Source: Leucoraja erinacea | Taxonomy: Eukaryota | Direction of reading: 5' to 3' | DNA length: 64,000 bases | NCBI RefSeq assembly: GCF_028641065.1 | Contig: NC_073397.1 | Coordinates: forward strand, 18,538,001-18,602,000 | Translations under genes and position numbers: made by a program | Notes under the pieces: model-generated | The model's database searches: none | Told to the model about the DNA's origin: nothing | Seen by the model: only the letters and a program-made list of their open reading frames with translations | In this document: positions 11,601-23,600 of the stretch, in pieces | Layout: each line of letters starts with the position of its first letter | How positions within the stretch are numbered: the first letter of the stretch is position 1

Positions 11601-14600
11601 GCATTAATCTCTGTCGCTCATTATTAGTTACGGTCTCTCAACCCAACAATGGGATATTTCTTCCTACTCTCTAAGTTTTCTCTTTATTAACCAACCTTCA
11701 ATCCACACCTGAAATGTCCCCTATCCATTTTCACCACAGATGCTGTCTGAGCTGCTGAGTTGCTCCAGCACTTTTTCCTTTGTATATTAATAAGCATCTG
11801 CGGTTCCTTCTATCTTCAATTCATACTAGTTTAATACCCTCTGTTCCATCAGCTCAAGTTTACTTTAATAACATCTTTTATGGAATCTTATTGAAAGCCT
11901 TTTTGAAAAACCAAATGCAGCACATCCGCTGGTTTACCTGATCTATTTTACTCGTAACAACCCCAATAAAACTCAAATTTGTCAATCGTTATTTCCCTTT
12001 CATGAATCCACATTGGCTGTGGGCAGCCCTTTATTTTTTTAAAGCGTTCTACCATTTTCTTCATAATAGATTTTAGAAATCTCCTTGCTATTGATGCAGG
12101 GTTAGCTGATCTGTAGTTTCCTGTTTCTTCTCACAAATAGTCGAGGTTACATTTGCTGCCTTTCAATTTGGGGAGGTATTTTGCAATTTCAGAAGATGAC
12201 AATTTGCGCATCCCATTATCTTCATTACTATCTCCTACAAAACCTTGGGATGCAAGTTATCAGGATCTAGAATTTGATTTGCTTTTGATCACATTAATTT
12301 CTCCAATTGTTTTCACTAATGCTAATATTTTTTCCACTCAGTCTAAACCTGTTGTTCTCCACTATTTCCAAAAGTTTTGTTCTCCACCACTTCCAGGAGT
12401 TTTTTTTTGTTCGTTCCATGAAGACTGATGCAAATTATTTGTAGATCACAAAGTGATGGAGTAATACATTGGATCACAGAGCATCTCTGATGGGAATGAA
12501 TAGGCGACGGAAGAAGGGTCCAGGCCGAAACATCACCAATCCATATCCTCCAGAGCTGCTGCTTAACTAGCTGAGTTCCTCCAGCACTTTGCATTTTACA
12601 CAAGATTCCAGTATCTGCAATTCCTTGTGTCTACAAATTAATACTACCTCTTATCAATTCCTTACTCCCCATTATAATGGATTTGTTTTAACTTAGCATC
12701 ATGTCATCACAGACATGCTGGGCAGAAGGCATGTTCCTGTGCTGCACAGTTCTATGTTCACTTGTCCCAGTCTGTATGAAATTTTATGTATCTGCAGAAA
12801 TCTTTACAATCTTTTTTCGTTCCTCACTAGCTCACTTGTGTTCTGCTTTTTTTGTCATTATCAAATTATTGGTTCTTCTTTTGGGGAATTTTGAAATACT
12901 ATATACTTATTGCTCTGGTTAGACAGGTATGTGCAAAGGAAGGTTTGTAGGAATATGGGTAAAATGGGGTAAATGGTTATATCTTAGATGGGGCATCTTG
13001 GTCGGCATGGAAGGCTTGTTATCGTGCTGTTTGACACTCATTAATTTTGCAGGAAAGAAATGGTAAAGTCATAAGGTCATAAGTAATAGGAGCAGAATTA
13101 GGCCATTCTTCCCACCTAGTCTACTGCATCATTTAATCATGGCTGATCTATCTCTCCCTCCTAACCCCATTCTGCCTTCTCCCCATAAACCCTGATATCT
13201 GTATTAATCAAGAATCTGCTATAAAAATATCCATTGATTTGGCCCCTACAGTCTTCTTTGGCAAAAAATTCCACAGATTCACCACCCTCTGAATAAAGAA
13301 ATTATTTTCTCATCTTTCTGAAGGAACGTCCTTTAATTCTGAGGCTGTGACCGCTAGTCAGACTCTCCCACTAGTGGAAACATCCCCTCCCATCCACTCT
13401 ATTCAAGCCTTTCACTATTCAGTAAATTTCAACGAGGTCTCCCCTCATTCTTCTAAACTCCAGCGAGTACAGGCTCAGTGCCATCAAACGCTATCATTGT
13501 CTATCGTAATTGTCGCACTGTCACATACAATAAATGCTATACTATCACTGGAGAATTGGTATAAGGCATAATATGTGGCTAAAGGCTGATAAGTCTGCTA
13601 GACTGGATATCTTTTATCCTAGCATCCTAGAAGAGGTGTCTGCAGAGAGAGTGGATCCATTAGTTATCTTCCAAAAATCTTTAATTCCTGGAGTGTGTCA
13701 GAAGATTAGAAAACTGCCAATGTGACATTCCTTTTTAAAAATGGAGAAAGGCAGCAAGGGCTAATTGAGCTGATTAGCCTGATATCCATTGGTGGAAAAA
13801 ATGTTAGAATCAATTATTTAGAAAGTAATAGCAGCACATTTGGAAAATCCTAATCTAATTTTAAAAATGTTAACTTTGTTCATGAAGGGGAAATTGGGTC
13901 TGATAAATTTATGAAAATTGATGGAGGAAGTCTCGACCAAGTGGATGGTAAATTTATTATATACTAGACTAAGTGGGACCCGTTGGGTCCCTGTCACATG
14001 GGAGGCCTGGTCCCCCAACGCAACCAGTTCTCAAAGGCAATATTCCACCACTCACCCATAGCCCCCAACTGCGCAGGCGCGGCTCATTTCCCCTCATCCC
14101 CCAGCACTCCTTCCCCTCTCTCCCCCTCTCCCCTCTCCCCCAATCCCTCCCACCTCTCCCTCCCTCTCCTTTCCCCTACCCTCAGTCACTCCCTCCATAA
14201 TTCTCCCCTACGTACTCCCTCCATAACTCTCCCCTCTCCCCTCCATACCCCCTCCTATATCCCCCACCTCCCCACTACACACCTCCTCCTCTCTCCCCAC
14301 TATCCCTCTCCCCTCCCCAATTGCCTTCCTCTCCCTCTATACCCCACTCACTCACTACCTCCCCTACTCCCTCCTCTTCTCCCTCTATTCCCCTTCCTTC
14401 CTCCCCCACTCCCCCTCCTCACCTCCCCCACTTTCCCCCTCTCCCTCGTTATACCCTCCTCTCCCTCAATCTCCCCACTCCCTCCTCACCTCCCCAGGAT
14501 CTTAAGGGTGCCACTCCTTTCCCTCCTTGCGTGCCCGGAGGAGTAGCAGCCGTCGGCCTCAGGGCCAGGCTCAGCCGCCAGGCCTCGGATCCTCGGCGCG

Positions 14601-17600
14601 GCATCAGCCCGCCGCCTGGGCTTGGAGCAGCAGCAGCGGTTGGCCTCAGAGCCAGCCTCAGCGCCCAGGCCCCGGATCGTCAGTGCGGCCTCTCCCGCCC
14701 CGGAAACTGGTCGCCGCAGCCAGCCACACCGCTCAGGCCCTGGATTGTCGGCGTGGCCTCTCCCCGTCCCCGACCCTGGAGACGGCAGCCTCAGCGCCCA
14801 GGACCTGGATCGCCACGGGCCCAGAGTAGCAGTAAAATGCTGTTTTTTAAATCTTACCTGAGTCGCCGTTGTGACAAAAAGATGGTGATCTCTATTCTGG
14901 AAAGGCCCCAACTGCGCAGGCGTGGCTGAAGACCCGTCGGGTGCCCTTTGCAAAGCCAGTAAAGATGCGCATGGGAACTCTCTCCCAACTGCGCATGCAC
15001 AGGTGGGGACGCTGTTTTAATTAAAGTTAATTAAAAGTTAACTTTTAAAATATACCATCAATCTGAACAAAACTTGTTTCATTTACAGCACAAGACAGTG
15101 GTGAGTAATGTGAGCCAGAAATCGTAGCCCTATCGTGTATCGTTTTGCACATAGAGAAACAACGCAAACCTGCAGATAACAAGATGAGAGTTTTAGTTAT
15201 ATATATACTAGACCAAGTGGGACCCGTTGGGCCCCGTCCCCCACGCAATAATGCACCACTCACCTGTTCCCCCAACACAACCCGTTTCCACCACTCAACC
15301 GTTCCCCCCACTCACCTGTTCCCCCAACGCAACCCATTCCCCTAACGCAATAATCCATTACTCACCCATAGCCCCCACGGGAGGCCTGGTCCCCAACGCA
15401 TCCTGTTCCCCAACGAAAGATTCCACCACTCACCAGTTCCCCCAATGCAATATTCCACCACTCACCCATAGCCCCCAACTGTGCAGGTCATTTTAAACTT
15501 TAAATAATGCAATTGCACTAAGATTTAATGTGATAGAGGTGCCATCGACAAGGCCATCTTTTGTTATCCAAATCTAATCATTAAACTTTGTTGTGCTGAG
15601 TTTTAGGCTGGCAGATTCTTTCCCTGGAGGACATTTGCTGTGAAGGACTCAGTGTTCTAGGATAGAAACATTGTAGCCGTTAGGGCATTGTGACGTCATA
15701 ACTGCCAGTGCAGATTTGGAGAAATCCAACTATTAAATGTCACTTTCAAACTTTTAAATCTCCCCCACTACATCCCTCTCCTTACAACAATGTAAAAACA
15801 CTCTCATAGCTCGTGTATTGGCAGTGGAGATCCCATTGTGATGTCATTATCGGTTTTCGGAATCTTCACGGCAGCTTGGGTAAATGAGATCCCATTGTAA
15901 TTGATGACTGTGAGATGCCATTGCGACATCATCACTGGAAGTTACTGGAAGAGTCCCCCTCTCAAAGGCAGTTATTGTTTTCAAAGTTGCCTTTTATTAA
16001 ACTTTAAATATCAATAACGCGAAATATAACATAAAATCTGAAGGAAACTTGTAAGAACGACGACGGGTAGAAGCTGAGTACGGTTCTGCAAAACCTTTTG
16101 CACTATTGTGTACCGTTTTGGCGTAGTTCCTTGAGATCGTTCACACGCACGCAGGCAGACAGACGTCCAAACAAGACGAGACTTTTAGTATAATACTAGA
16201 CTAAGTGGGACCCGTTGGGTCCCTTTATCACACGGGAGGCCTGGTTCCTCCAAAGCAACATTCCACCATTAAGCCATAGCCCCCAACTGCGCATGATCTC
16301 CCTCATCCCACAGCACTCTGTCCCCCTCCTCTTGACACTCCCTCTACTTTCACCTAGGAGGGGGGGAGGGAGAGATAGAGGGAGGGAGAGAGGGAGGGAG
16401 AGAAGCAGAGTGAGAGGGAGGGAAGAGAGAGAGGGAGATGGAAGGAGAGAGGGGAGAGAGGAAGAGAGAGAGATAGAGGGAGAGGGAGAGGGAGAGAGAG
16501 AGAGGGAGGGAGGGAATAAGGGAGGGAGGGGAAAAACGGAAAGGGGAAAGAGAGGAGAGAGGGAGGGAGGGAAAGAGAGGGAGCGAGAGGGAGGAAGGAA
16601 GGGAGGGAGAGAGGGAGGAAGGAAAAGGGAGGGAGAGAAAGGGGAGAGGGAGAGAGGGAGTGAGAGAGAGGGAGGGAGAGAGGCAGAGAGAGAGGGATGG
16701 AAAAAAGAGGGAGGGGGGAAGGAGTGAGGGAGGGAGAGAGTGAGGCCGCGGGCGGGCGAGGACCCGAACGAGAAACGCCTCCGTTGCCATGCTGTGAAAC
16801 ATAGAAACATAGAAATTAGTTGCAGGAGTAGGCCATTCGGCCCTTCGAGCCTGCACCGCCATTCAATATGATCATGGCTGATCATCCAACTCAGTATCCC
16901 ATACCTGCCTTCTCTCCATACCCTCTGATCCCCTTAGCCACAAGGGCCACATCTAACTCCCTCTTAAATATAGCCAATGAACTGGCCTCGACCACCCTCT
17001 GTGGCAGAGAGTTCCAGAGATTCACCACTCTCTGTGTGAAAAAAGTTCTTCTCATCTCGGTTTTAAAGGATTTCCCCCTTATCCTTAAGCTGTGACCCTT
17101 TGTCCTGGACTTCCCCAACATCGGGAACAATCTTCCTGCATCTAGCCTGCCCAACCCCTTAAGAATTTTGTAAGTTTCTATAAGATCCCCTCTCAATCTC
17201 CTAAATTCTAGAGAGTATAAACCAAGTCTATCCAGTCTTTCTTCATAAGACAGTCCTGACATCCCAGGAATCAGTCTGGTGAACCTTCTCTGCACTCCCT
17301 CTATGGCAATAATGTCCTTCCTCAGATTTGGAGACCAAAACTGTACGCAATACTCCAGGTGTGGTCTCACCAAGACCCCGTACAACTGCAGGAGAACCTC
17401 CCTGCTCCTATACTCAAATCCTTTTGCTATGAAAGCTAACATACCATTCGCTTTCTTCACTGCCTGCTGCACCTGCATGCCTACTTTCAATGACTGGTGT
17501 ACCATGACACACAGGTCTCGCTGCATCTCCCCTTTTCCTAGTCGGCCACCATTTAGATAATAGTTGCTTTCCTGTTTTTTGCCACCAAAATGGATAACCT

Positions 17601-20600
17601 CACATTTATCCACATTATACTGCATCTGCCAAACATTTGCCCACTCACCCAGCCTATCCAAGTCACCTTGCAGTCTCCTAGCATCCTCCTCACAGCTAAC
17701 ACTGCCCCCCAGCTTAGTGTCATCCGCAAACTTGGAGATATTGCCTTCAATTCCCTCATCCAGATCATTAATATATATTGTAAATAGCTGGGGTCCCAGC
17801 ACTGAGCCTTGCGGTACCCCACTAGTCACTGCCTGCCATTGTGAAAAGGACTCGTTGAGTCCTACTCTTTGTTTCCTGTTTGCCAGCCAGTTCTCTATCC
17901 ACATCAATACTGAACCCCCAATGCCATGTGCATTAATAGCCCAATATCTGTTATTTGCACTTTATCAGTTCATTTATTCATGTGTGTATATATTTATATA
18001 ATGGTATATGGACACGCTGATCTGTTTTGTAGTCAATGCCTACTATGTTCTGTTTGCTGAAGCAAAGCAAGAATTTCATTGTCCTGTCAGGGACACATGA
18101 CAATAAACTCACTTGAACTTGAAAGAAGAAAACTATCATGCAAGTGCAGCAGTAAATTGGAAAGATTAGGAATGTTGGATCTTATTTCAAGTGGTTTAGA
18201 GTATAAATGTAGTTAAAGCTTACTTCACCTGAAAATGTTCCCCCTATTAACTGGGAGAAGATTCAGCAAGTTGATCTGTGACATGGAAGAGTTGTTTGAC
18301 GAGGCATGCCTATACAGATTGGAATCTATTCAATGGAGATAAGAAGAATGAGAGGCGATCTTATTGAAACATAAGAATCGTAGGGGCTACACAGTAAATG
18401 CTGACTGAACATTTCCTCACATGAGAGAGTCTAAAACCAGAGTGCAAAGTATCAGAGTAGGGGTTGCATATTCAAGACTCTTGTCCGGAGAGTTGTGAGT
18501 CTTTAGAACGCTTTGCCACAGAGAACTGTGGGCAATAATTTTTAAGGCTAAGATAGGTAGATTTCTGTTCAGTAAGGTAATTGAAGATTAAGAGAAATTA
18601 GAAGAGTGGACTTGAGGAATGTCTGATCAAATGTGATCCATTTAGTGGCAGAGCAGCTCAGGGAACTAAATAATCTATTCGTATTCCTATTTATGGCATT
18701 AATTTTGTGGATGTTATCCATTACTTTATTTGTTATTGTGCCTTTTAACGTAATCTCAATCTACCATTGCCCATTCATACATCATACTTTTATAGTTAGC
18801 TTGTTTATTCAATTTAACACTCTGGTTTCAGATTTAATTCTATGTGAAATTATATCAAATAATCAGTTTGGTCTCGAGGCCCCTTAATTACCAGATTGCT
18901 AATCAATCTTTTCATGTTTGACAATACTAAATCTAAAATAGTCTGCAGTGCCACACTGATTGGAAAATAATTTCTTGTATACTCTGAATTTGTCCTCCAC
19001 ACTATTACTGTTTATATGGCCGCCCTGCTTATATGTACAGTAGATTGATGTCTCCCGTGACATTGCATTAATCTTGTTAAATTACCTAAGTCTAGTCTCC
19101 TGATTTATAGATTGCCGCTACTGTTAGGGGACATGTGGAACATTCCCACCCTTTGCTCTTTTATTTTAATTTCACCCAAACCAGTCTACTTAAATTTCCG
19201 AGCTAAGATCCTCCCATCCTTTTATTATTGCAGCTATGTCTTCTTTTCCATCAATAAAACGTTTTAATTAAGGTGTAAGTGTCCTGAAATATTTAATTCC
19301 CAGCCTTTGTTACTTTGCAACCATATCTCTACAATGTGAGCTTTTAGATCATATTCATTTATATGCAGCATTAATTCATCCACCTTGCTTTGAATTCTGC
19401 AAGCATCCAGATAAAGATCCTTTAATTTTGTATATAGTTGTACACTAATTTGAAGTATACTTTTAATCTGTATCCTTAATCACTTCCTGCCAGACTCTTG
19501 TTATCATTATCAATTTCACTACACTAACTACCACTTTTGTCTTAACTTTAGAAATGTTTGCCTCAACACGACAGGCCCTCCCTCCGAACTCCAACTATTT
19601 ACCTTAAAATGGTTCCTTTTACCCAGCAGCACAGTAGCGCAGCAGCAGAGTTGCTGCCTCTCAGCACCAGAGACCTGGGTTTGATCATGATCTTGGATGC
19701 TGTCTATGTGGAGATTATATGTTCTCCATGTGACCACATGGATTTTCTCTGGTGCTCCAGTTTTCTCCAAAATTTCAAAGACGTGCAGGCTGGAAGGTTA
19801 ATTGGTTACTGTAAATTACCCCAGTGTATTGGAACCGAAACTGGGATAACATAGAACTAGTGTATGGGTGATCGTTGTGTAGGAGGGAACTGCAGGTGCT
19901 GGCTTAAACCAAAGATAGACACAAAAAGTTGGAGTAACTCATCGTGATAGACAGCATCTCTGGAGAAAAGGAATAGGTGACGTTTTGGGTCGAGACCCTT
20001 CTTTAGACTGAGAGTCAGGGGAAAGGGAAACTAGAGATATAGGCGATGATATAGTGAGATATAGAACAAAAGAATGAAAGATATGCAAAAAAGTAACAAT
20101 GATAAAAGAAACAGGCCATTGTTAACAATGGCTGATCTTTCATTCATTTGTTCTATATTTCTCTATATCACCGTCTCTATCTCGCTTTCCCATGACTCTC
20201 AGTCTGAAGTAGGACCCTGACCCGAAATGTCACCTATTCCTTTTCTCCAGAGATGCTCTCTGACCCGCTGAGTTACTCCAGCTTTTTGTGTCTATTTTAT
20301 GGTTGATTGTTGGTCGGCATGGGCTGAAGGGCCTGTTTCCACGCTGTATCTCTAATACTAAAACTTGCATGGCCCTGATTCATCAATGATATTCATGATC
20401 TTATTAAATGGTGGAGCAAGCTAATGGGCTCTTCATGCTTCTGTTTAATTGTATTCTTATGGTCTTTTAGTAACCTTTTTCATTCTGCAATTTCATGAAT
20501 TGTTATATTATTGTGTATTAACATAATCATTCCATTGCTGATCTTACTAATATTATTGTTCTGGTTGGCTAGAATACTTTCATTATATTGACATCAAATA

Positions 20601-23600
20601 GCCGCTTAAGCCCCTGTCCCACTTTCCCGAGTTACTCACAAATTCTCCCGAGTTTTCCCCTTGATTCAAACTCGGAGATGCCAGCCGTAGGTACTCGGGG
20701 CTATTTTTTTTACTCGTGGACATTTTTCAACATGCTGAAAAAACATCCTGACTTAACTGATGCCCCGAGTACCTACGGCTAGCATTACGAGCCGCCACAA
20801 AATATCTATGGACTCCTACAGACTCGCTACGGACATTCTCCGAGTGTGAATCAAGGGGATAACTCAGGAGAATTTGTGAATAACTCGGGAAAGTGGGACA
20901 GGGGCTTTAGGTATTAGATAAACGTATCTCTGAAATCCTAAAATAATTAAAAGACTGCTGGTTGGAGCAGACTGGGTGGACAAAAAAGTATGTTTCCGTG
21001 TTGTAAAGTCTAAAATTCGCTGTGAAGTAGGGAAGATCCACAGCTCTTTCATATAACAAAGTAATAATCCATTGCAGGTAGCTATGCGATAGTCCCATTC
21101 CCAAGGAAAGATTGCTTTATAGGAAGTTGTGTTAGAAAAGCAATAATGTTCGTGGGGAAAGTGGGTTAAGAGCCAGAGAGTTTCAGATTTGCAATAACAA
21201 GTTTTTTTTTCCAGCAGGATTTTTAGGAATAAAGGTCTTTTTAATAGCTCTAAGTTTCTTTTTTTGGTGAGAGGAAGCATAAAATACTAAAGGCTGTATG
21301 CAACTGTTTATTAGAGTATCATTGCGCATGTGTCAATATAAACAATTGCTTGTCAATTTCGGTGACCACCCAGGGTGAAACTAGCAGCTATTTTCTCAGG
21401 ATACAATGTTTCTGATTAAAGTGGGGGGTTACATGGAAACAGGCTTTTTTCCGCAGACTGTTTTTTCCCAAGACAGTTTTTTTTCCAGGTTGTCAATTTC
21501 CAAAGTAACTGTTAATGATTCACTAGTTCCCATTTGAAATAAAGTTATAACTAATTTGGTTCACGTGTTCCCTAATTAATCAGTCTTGTTATATCCAATT
21601 AGTGTTATGGAAATACACATCATAACAAAATTGCCTGTACGAATATACTATTTCCAGGGCAATTAATTTTGAAAGTTAAAATATCAACCATACCAAGTAA
21701 GGTTTTAAAATGCTGGATAGTGGAACTGCTGGAGAGTCTTTCAAATCCTATGTTAACATATTATTGCATGTTTTCTGAAGCATCCAAAAGGTATATTGTC
21801 CTCCCTTGTCCAGTCCCTTCCCCCTACATCCGGGACATTTTATAAGCTCTCCAACATTCCAAAAACTTCCAAGTCCTGGCTTCCCCCCACTGCTTCACCT
21901 TTATCAAATGGAACATCAAGTTCCTTTACCCCTTCTCCATCACAAATGCATCAGAGTTCTCAATTTCTCCCGAAAACAGACATCCGTTCAGCTCCCTTGA
22001 AGTAATATTCCCCATGCCTGATGGAACTTTCCTTCCCCTCATCTACATTCCTTTTAATACCTCACTTTCTTCAGTCAAAGGTGGAGCCATGGTATCTCAC
22101 ATGGGCCCTAGTTATGCCAGTCTTCGTAGAAAGGAGGAACTGCAGATGCTGATTTACAGAAAAAGACACATAGTGCTGGTGCAACACAGCAAGTCAGGCA
22201 GTATCCCTAGAAAATATGGATAGGTGACATTTAGGGTCGTGACCCTTCTCCATGCATATCTTTTTGTTGGCTTTTTGAACATAATTTGCACTAAACCTAA
22301 CCTGTCACCAAACCTCAAGTCTTTCTTTGCTTCATTGACAATTGCTTGGTGGCTGCCCCCTGCACCCATGCTGGACTCGTGAATTTCATCAACTTCACCA
22401 CCAACTTTCACCCTGCCCTCAAATTCACTTTGACCATCTCTGACATCTCTCCACTGTCTCCAAAGACATCTACAAATCCACTGACTCCCACAAATACCTT
22501 TACTACAATCCCCCTCTCCCAAGTGGCTATATTTTAGCATTTGAATGCTTTTTCATACAAATTGGCACAGTCGCACATTACTCTGAAAGAGTCTTCACAT
22601 GAGGAGAAGCTACGTCCCATTGCAATAACCCTATGTTCTATTTGTGTTGTTAAGATGCAAGTCATTACAGTATAATGATTACAAGTTGCTGTGCTTCTTT
22701 CATTTGTTTTATTTTTCTGTTTATAATTAATTGAGGATGTGGCAGCCAAAACAGAGCATTATCAGATCAGATATCACACTTTGTGAATTGGGCAGCATTT
22801 GAATAGTCTCTGCTTCCAAGAACTCCATGGGGAGCCCATTCATTGATTCATCAAATGCCTGGTAAAATAATTTGCCTAAAGACTATAGTGAGGAAAGAGA
22901 CAAGTATGAATGTAAGGAACAGTGGACAAAATCCTCGGAGCTCCTGCTGAATTTACTATCAGAACCGTTAAATGTGTTGTGTTATTTATTTCCTGGTAGA
23001 TGATCAGATAGGCTAACTAGGCAGAAAAGCCAGCGATAAAAGGCCATAGCTACAGACTGCAGAAACAAGGAACTGCAGATGCTGTTTTACAAAAAAGGAC
23101 ATAAATAACTCAACGGATCAGGCAGCATCTCTGAAGAACATTAACAGGTGATGTGTTGGTTCGGTACTCTTCTTCAGTCTGAAGGAGGGTCCCGACCCGA
23201 AATATCACCTATCGATGTTCTCCAGAATGCTGCCTGACCTGCTGAGTTATTTATGTTACTCCAACACTTTGTTTTCACAGCTACAGACACAGACTATTGT
23301 GGAACCTCCCAGGCAACTGAAACATGGAAATGGTAGCAGCCTGGTGGGGGATGTTGGTGGCGGGAGAGATAGGGGTGAGGAGATGGTTATTACAATGAAA
23401 TCAAAGAGTGAGAGAGGCAATGAAATATTTTTACAAACAGAACAGAGACCTGCATGTAAACCATACTGCAAATGTATGGCTAACAATGCATTAAGGGCCT
23501 GTCCCACTTAGGCGATTTTTTTCGGCGACTACAAGCGACTTAGGCTTTTTTCACCTGGCCACAGGGTGACGCTTGTATGGTCGTGAGTAGTCTCCTCGTC

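Larger units (their letters stand above)
13575..18690 (+). mobile_element. Old CR1 LINE split in two (13575-13955 and ~18130-18690) by younger insertions
   Basis: Left piece encodes degenerate LKADKS..D..YP.IL.EV / VIFQKSL; right piece continues with ORF2 C-terminal motifs (agaatgagaggcgatcttattgaaacata). Confidence 0.6.

Noticed and set aside
13973-14953. Pro/Ser/Leu-rich ORFs of 150-200 aa
   Set aside because: Translations of low-complexity CT and GC tracts inside a Helitron; no Rep/helicase motifs.
15240-15480. Spaced short repeats that superficially resemble a CRISPR array
   Set aside because: Eukaryotic DNA; units are degenerate with no unique spacers and no cas genes; this is an internal Helitron minisatellite.
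16196-16885. Glu/Gly/Arg-rich and Ser/Leu/Pro-rich ORFs
   Set aside because: Artefacts of a (GA)-rich microsatellite.
16891-17907. 338-aa reverse-transcriptase ORF as a retron/DGR-like or cellular gene
   Set aside because: Standard 5'-truncated CR1 ORF2 with a CR1 tail and a near-identical sibling at 50680-52143.
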